DNA of 64,000 nt from Malacoraja senta (Eukaryota). The position numbers were made by a program, and so were the translations under genes. Below the pieces are notes generated by a model. It was given only the letters and a program-made list of their open reading frames with translations. It searched no databases and had not been told where the DNA came from. The stretch is taken from assembly GCA_038087875.1 (NCBI GenBank), contig CM075991.1, positions 1,798,001 through 1,862,000 of the forward strand. The letters run 5' to 3'. Position 1 is the stretch's first letter. Every line of letters begins with the position of its first letter. Below, piece after piece: positions 59,897 to 64,000 of the stretch.

Positions 59897-62800
59897 ATTT
59901 TACTTCGGAGTCACGTGAGTGACTACGTGAAGAAGCCCCGTCCAGCCGCACACGCGTCATTATCGATCAGACGCATAGCGTTCATGACCGTGTGTCGAGG
60001 AGCAGGAGCTCCTCCAGCCGGTGAGTAAAACAAAAGTAAAACAAAAGTCGGAAGGTAAGTGGGTTACTTTTCACTTACAGGAGCGTTTCCTTCCCGTTTA
60101 GACTTGTTTGGTGGAGCTCCACTCAACTTTATTATGGAGAAATGGGAAGGAGAGGGGCCAGGGACGCACCGTAGTAAAACCCCAGATCCTAAGGGTAGCG
60201 GGCGTCAGTCAGGGGAGTCAGTGGCAGCGAAGCCATTAAATCCCGTTGTGGTCGAATGTGCTGTTAAACCGCCGGCGGCGGGGCGCAAGGCTGAGAAAAA
60301 AAAATCGGCCCGACCTGTAGACTCGGATGAGTCAGACCCGGAGGTATGCCCTCCTCAGGCAGGAAAGAGTATTACACAGCAAGGGTAAAAAACTTTATAA
60401 CTCCTTATGGGGCAGATGATTTGTAAAGAACCCCCACAGGAGGATTTAAGTCGGTGTTGGCCAATGAAGTATAGCACAGGAGGTGCCTTGGAACAGGCAC
60501 AAGGGTGGCCTACAGGAGAGCCATCAGTGCCTGTGCAGAAACATTAAAGATGTTGGCCTACAGGAGAGCCAATGCCCAAAAATGCCAGAAAAAAGGCAAG
60601 TTATCTGTTGGCCTATTGGAGAGCCAGTACTAGAAATGCCTGAACAAAAGGCAGCACAAACGTGCAATGATAAATGTGCCAGCACCGACAAATATAAAGA
60701 GTAAAAATAATGAAGCGTTGGCCTAGAATTGAGCCAGCGCCAGCAGCACCTGAAGCAGGGCTGCCTGTCCGTGGGCTTACAAGAGAGCCCGCGCAGGGGG
60801 AATCTGGCAGAGACTTACCTGAAACAGGGGAGCCAGAAATTACCCAACATAAAAATGAATATCTAGATTTAGATGATGATTTAAATGAGGACCAGAGCCC
60901 ATTATCAGAGCCACAAATGTTCCTAGGCTGGCACAAAACTTTGCTGTTCCCAGAGTAACAGGGGAACCTTTGAGAGTGGAAATAGCTATGACTATAAATT
61001 ATCTACTCTCCCATCAGCCCCAGGAATTAACCATGGATGAGACTATCAAAAAATATGAGACCCGGGAAATTGTAGCAGTTACAGCAGTGAATAACTTGAT
61101 ATGGGTAATTTGAGCAGTGGTTTACGCTCACAAGAATTGAAATTACACAAGTGCTGAAATTTCTGGGGTCAGTGGTTTGGATGAAGGTTATATATCGTAT
61201 TCACAACAAAATGCCTTAGCACTCATGTGTAGTGCGCACTTTGAAATAAATTGTATTCATAAAAATGCAATAAGACCAAATATTCATCCTAAGTATGCAG
61301 GCTCTGCAAACCATCCAATATACAAATGCCTAAATCTGTTTTGGAGAAAATCTAACAAAGAAACTAAAGGATCACCTATGCTGAGCAGAGCGGTGAGAAG
61401 GCAGTATCCCTACAGGCAAAATGTGGTGCTGGAGAAGGAACAATCCTATCATTCTCGTATACACGTTGACGTGCTGCACCGAGGATACGTGGAGGTTACA
61501 ATGTGCCTACTAGAAGGGGACAACAACTGCCGGTGGCAAACCCCGAGGTTAGGGGGCTTGGTCTGGTAAGAAACACAACAAATGTTTCACACTCACAAAT
61601 AGGGGGAAGGTTACGATTCTTCCTAAATGGCAATCAATAACAAATGATTCATTTATTCTATGTAGCATTGTAGGATTCAAAATTGAGTTATCTCCACGTT
61701 TGGATCCTCCAATTCAGCATAATTCAAACTTGTCACAGATTTTTTCAAAGGAAGAGAATGGGTTGATCAAAGGAGAATTGAAAAATGTTATGCAGAAAAG
61801 GATGATATAAATGTCAGTAGAACAACACCATCAGTTTGTGTCAAATATTCTCCTAGGAATATTCTCCTAGAAAAGGGATGGTGGACGTAGAATCATTTCC
61901 GATCTGACAAATCTTAACCTTTATGTACAATAGAAACATTTCAAAATGGAAACATTTACTAATGCCATTTAGCTAGTCACAAAGAATTGCTACAAGGCAA
62001 GCATAGATCTGCAAAATGCATATTATTCTGTGGCAATGCATGGTAATGATCAAAGATATTTGAAATTTAGATGGATGTCAGTTATGGCAATTTAAAGCAT
62101 TGCCCAATGGTCTGATTTCAGCACCAAGATTATTCACTAAATTGCTCAAACCAATTTTAGCTCTGTTAAGAGCTGAGGGCCATGTATTAATGGTTTATTT
62201 AGATGATATCCTCATTGTAGGGGACACTTTGGCTGCTGCAAAATTGTCAGTATCCAGTCAAATACATTTTGAGAAATTAGGTTTCATTATTCACCTACAA
62301 AAATCTAAATTGTTACCAAGCAAAAAGATTGATTACCTAGGGTTCACAATTAACTCCGAACACATGGTAATCACTTTGCCAAAAGATAAAAAGCTGCAGT
62401 TAATTGAAGGTTGCATAAAACTCATTAACGAGGGCACACCTTCAATCAGAGAAGTGGCAAGCTTGCTAGGCAAATTAATTGCAGGGTTTCCAGCGGTCAC
62501 GTTTGGACCATTGCATTATCAATGTTTACAGAGAGCTAAGGTACAAGTGTTAAAAATGAATGGAGGGCATTTTGATAGGCCCATGAAATTAACAATTCAA
62601 TCCATTACAGAAATAGAATGGTGGATTAACAATGTTTCTAATGCTTCCAGAAAAGTTCTGGTAGAAACACCTTCCGTCACTCGACAGACTGATGTAAGTG
62701 CGCTGAGTTTGGGCGCTACTAACATGATTTCCAGCTGTGGAGGTAGGTGGAATGTGAAGAAGTACCTTTGCTGGAAAAACTGGGAATCAATTACCTAGAG

Positions 62801-64000
62801 CTATTAGGCGCATTTTACGGCCTTAGAGCTTATTGCACTGATATGGGAAATGTGCATGTTCAGGTACAGGTTGACAATACTACAGTCTGTAGCATACATA
62901 AATCACATGGGTGGTATAAAATCAGAATCATGTGATAAATTGGCAAATGAAATTTGGACCTGGGGTATTGCCAGAAAAATGTGGCTGTCAGCAATAGTAT
63001 AGTATAGTATTTTAATGACCACACAGCCAAGCTGGTGGAATTTTGGTTTGTCAGCAGCGATACAATAATAAGAACACACAACCTCAATAAAAAAATGTAA
63101 CACAAACATCCACCACATCATTCATCACTGTGGTGGAAGGCACAAAAATTTGGCCAATCCTCCTCCATTTCCCCTCCGTGAACAGGACCAGAGTCCAGAG
63201 TCAGTCCAGGATCGGCTCTTCCTCACCGGAGACCGCGGCTTTAAGTTGTTGTAGGCCGCAGGCCGGCTGTCGAGATTTAAAGTCTCCGCCGCAGCCAGAA
63301 GCACCGTAGACTGCAGGGCCGGCGGTCGAAGCTCCCCTGCAGGGGTGTTGGTAAGTCCATGCCGGCCCCGCGGTAGAAGTTGGCCGCGGGCCGGCAGTGA
63401 TGGCTTCTTCTTCCCCCCCGGGTCCCCCACGAGGGATCCCGGGCTGTGGACGCCGCACCAGCTGGAGCTCTGCAGACCGCGACTTCAGGCTGCGACTTCA
63501 GGCTGCCGGCTGCCCCGGGCCAGCGAAACAGAGCGCTCCCCTCCAGCGAGGGCTCACCCGCTCCACGCCGAGAGTCCACGCTGCGCCCGCAGCTGAAGCC
63601 CCGGGCGCGTCTCCGGGAAAGGCCGCGCCGATCCTTGATGTTAGGCCACGGGGGAGGCGACCCGGAAAAAGTCGCCTCTCCATGGAGGAGGCGACCGAAG
63701 CGGTTTCCCCCTTACCCCCTTACCCCCCCACCATCCCCCACACAAGACACACAAAGAAACACAAAATACATACTTTAAAACATACTAAAAAATAAGAAAA
63801 AGTTGAAAAAACTGACACGCTGCTGACATGGCCGCTGCCCAGAGCAGCGCCCCCTACCCGGATTTTTACCAGGTATATTTACCAGGTAAAATTTAATACA
63901 ATTGCAGACAAAAGATCACGTAAATTTAATGATAATACAGAATGGATGTTAAATCGGAAAATATTCACACAAATTATCACACAATTTGGAATGCCAGAAA
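59897..64000 (+). mobile_element. DIRS1-like tyrosine-recombinase retrotransposon, degenerate, runs off the window
   Basis: RT PNGLISAPRLFTKLLKP and YLDD; RNase H TD(V)S..W..INYLEL..DNTT; after the insertion LPGK.N..AD..SR..EWMLN..FG.P, leading into the DIRS methyltransferase-like region. The recombinase itself is not within the window. Confidence 0.85.
62994..63858 (-). mobile_element. Non-autonomous GC-rich retroposon nested in the DIRS RNase H region
   Basis: Interrupts WLSA/YLPG; (ATACT)n tail at 62994-63010. Confidence 0.65.

Noticed and set aside
63125..63795. Overlapping GC-rich ORFs or a CpG island promoter
   Set aside because: Lie within a tailed retroposon that interrupts the DIRS reading frame.

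Overview
Repeat-rich vertebrate genomic DNA. The repeat complement (CR1 with SGNH-esterase ORF1, Penelope-like, Tx1, L2, RTE, DIRS1-like, tRNA-derived SINEs) points to a cartilaginous fish, probably a skate or ray; this is an inference. There are three main blocks. (1) 702-25914 is a large diverged inverted duplication: left arm ~702-9885, ~5 kb spacer, right arm ~14876-25914. Each arm carries a copy of a candidate small spliced gene (~108 aa, acidic coiled-coil plus C-terminal hydrophobic stretch) that I cannot identify, and the spacer edge holds a CpG-rich CRE/MYB/CHR promoter-like segment. (2) ~32950-50016 on the minus strand is a multi-exon group B SRCR transmembrane receptor gene (CD163/WC1/SCART-like). 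I reconstructed it by hand: five SRCR exons, linker exons, a TM exon and tyrosine-motif cytoplasmic exons. It has one GC-AG intron, one frameshifted SRCR exon, a 200-N gap and a near full-length CR1 in an intron; its 5' end is not resolved. (3) 52.5-64 kb is mostly transposon debris ending in a degenerate DIRS1-like retrotransposon. Penelope-derived minimal hammerhead ribozyme motifs recur throughout, including TSD-flanked 85-130 bp mini-insertions. Percent identities are by-eye estimates, and no searches were run.
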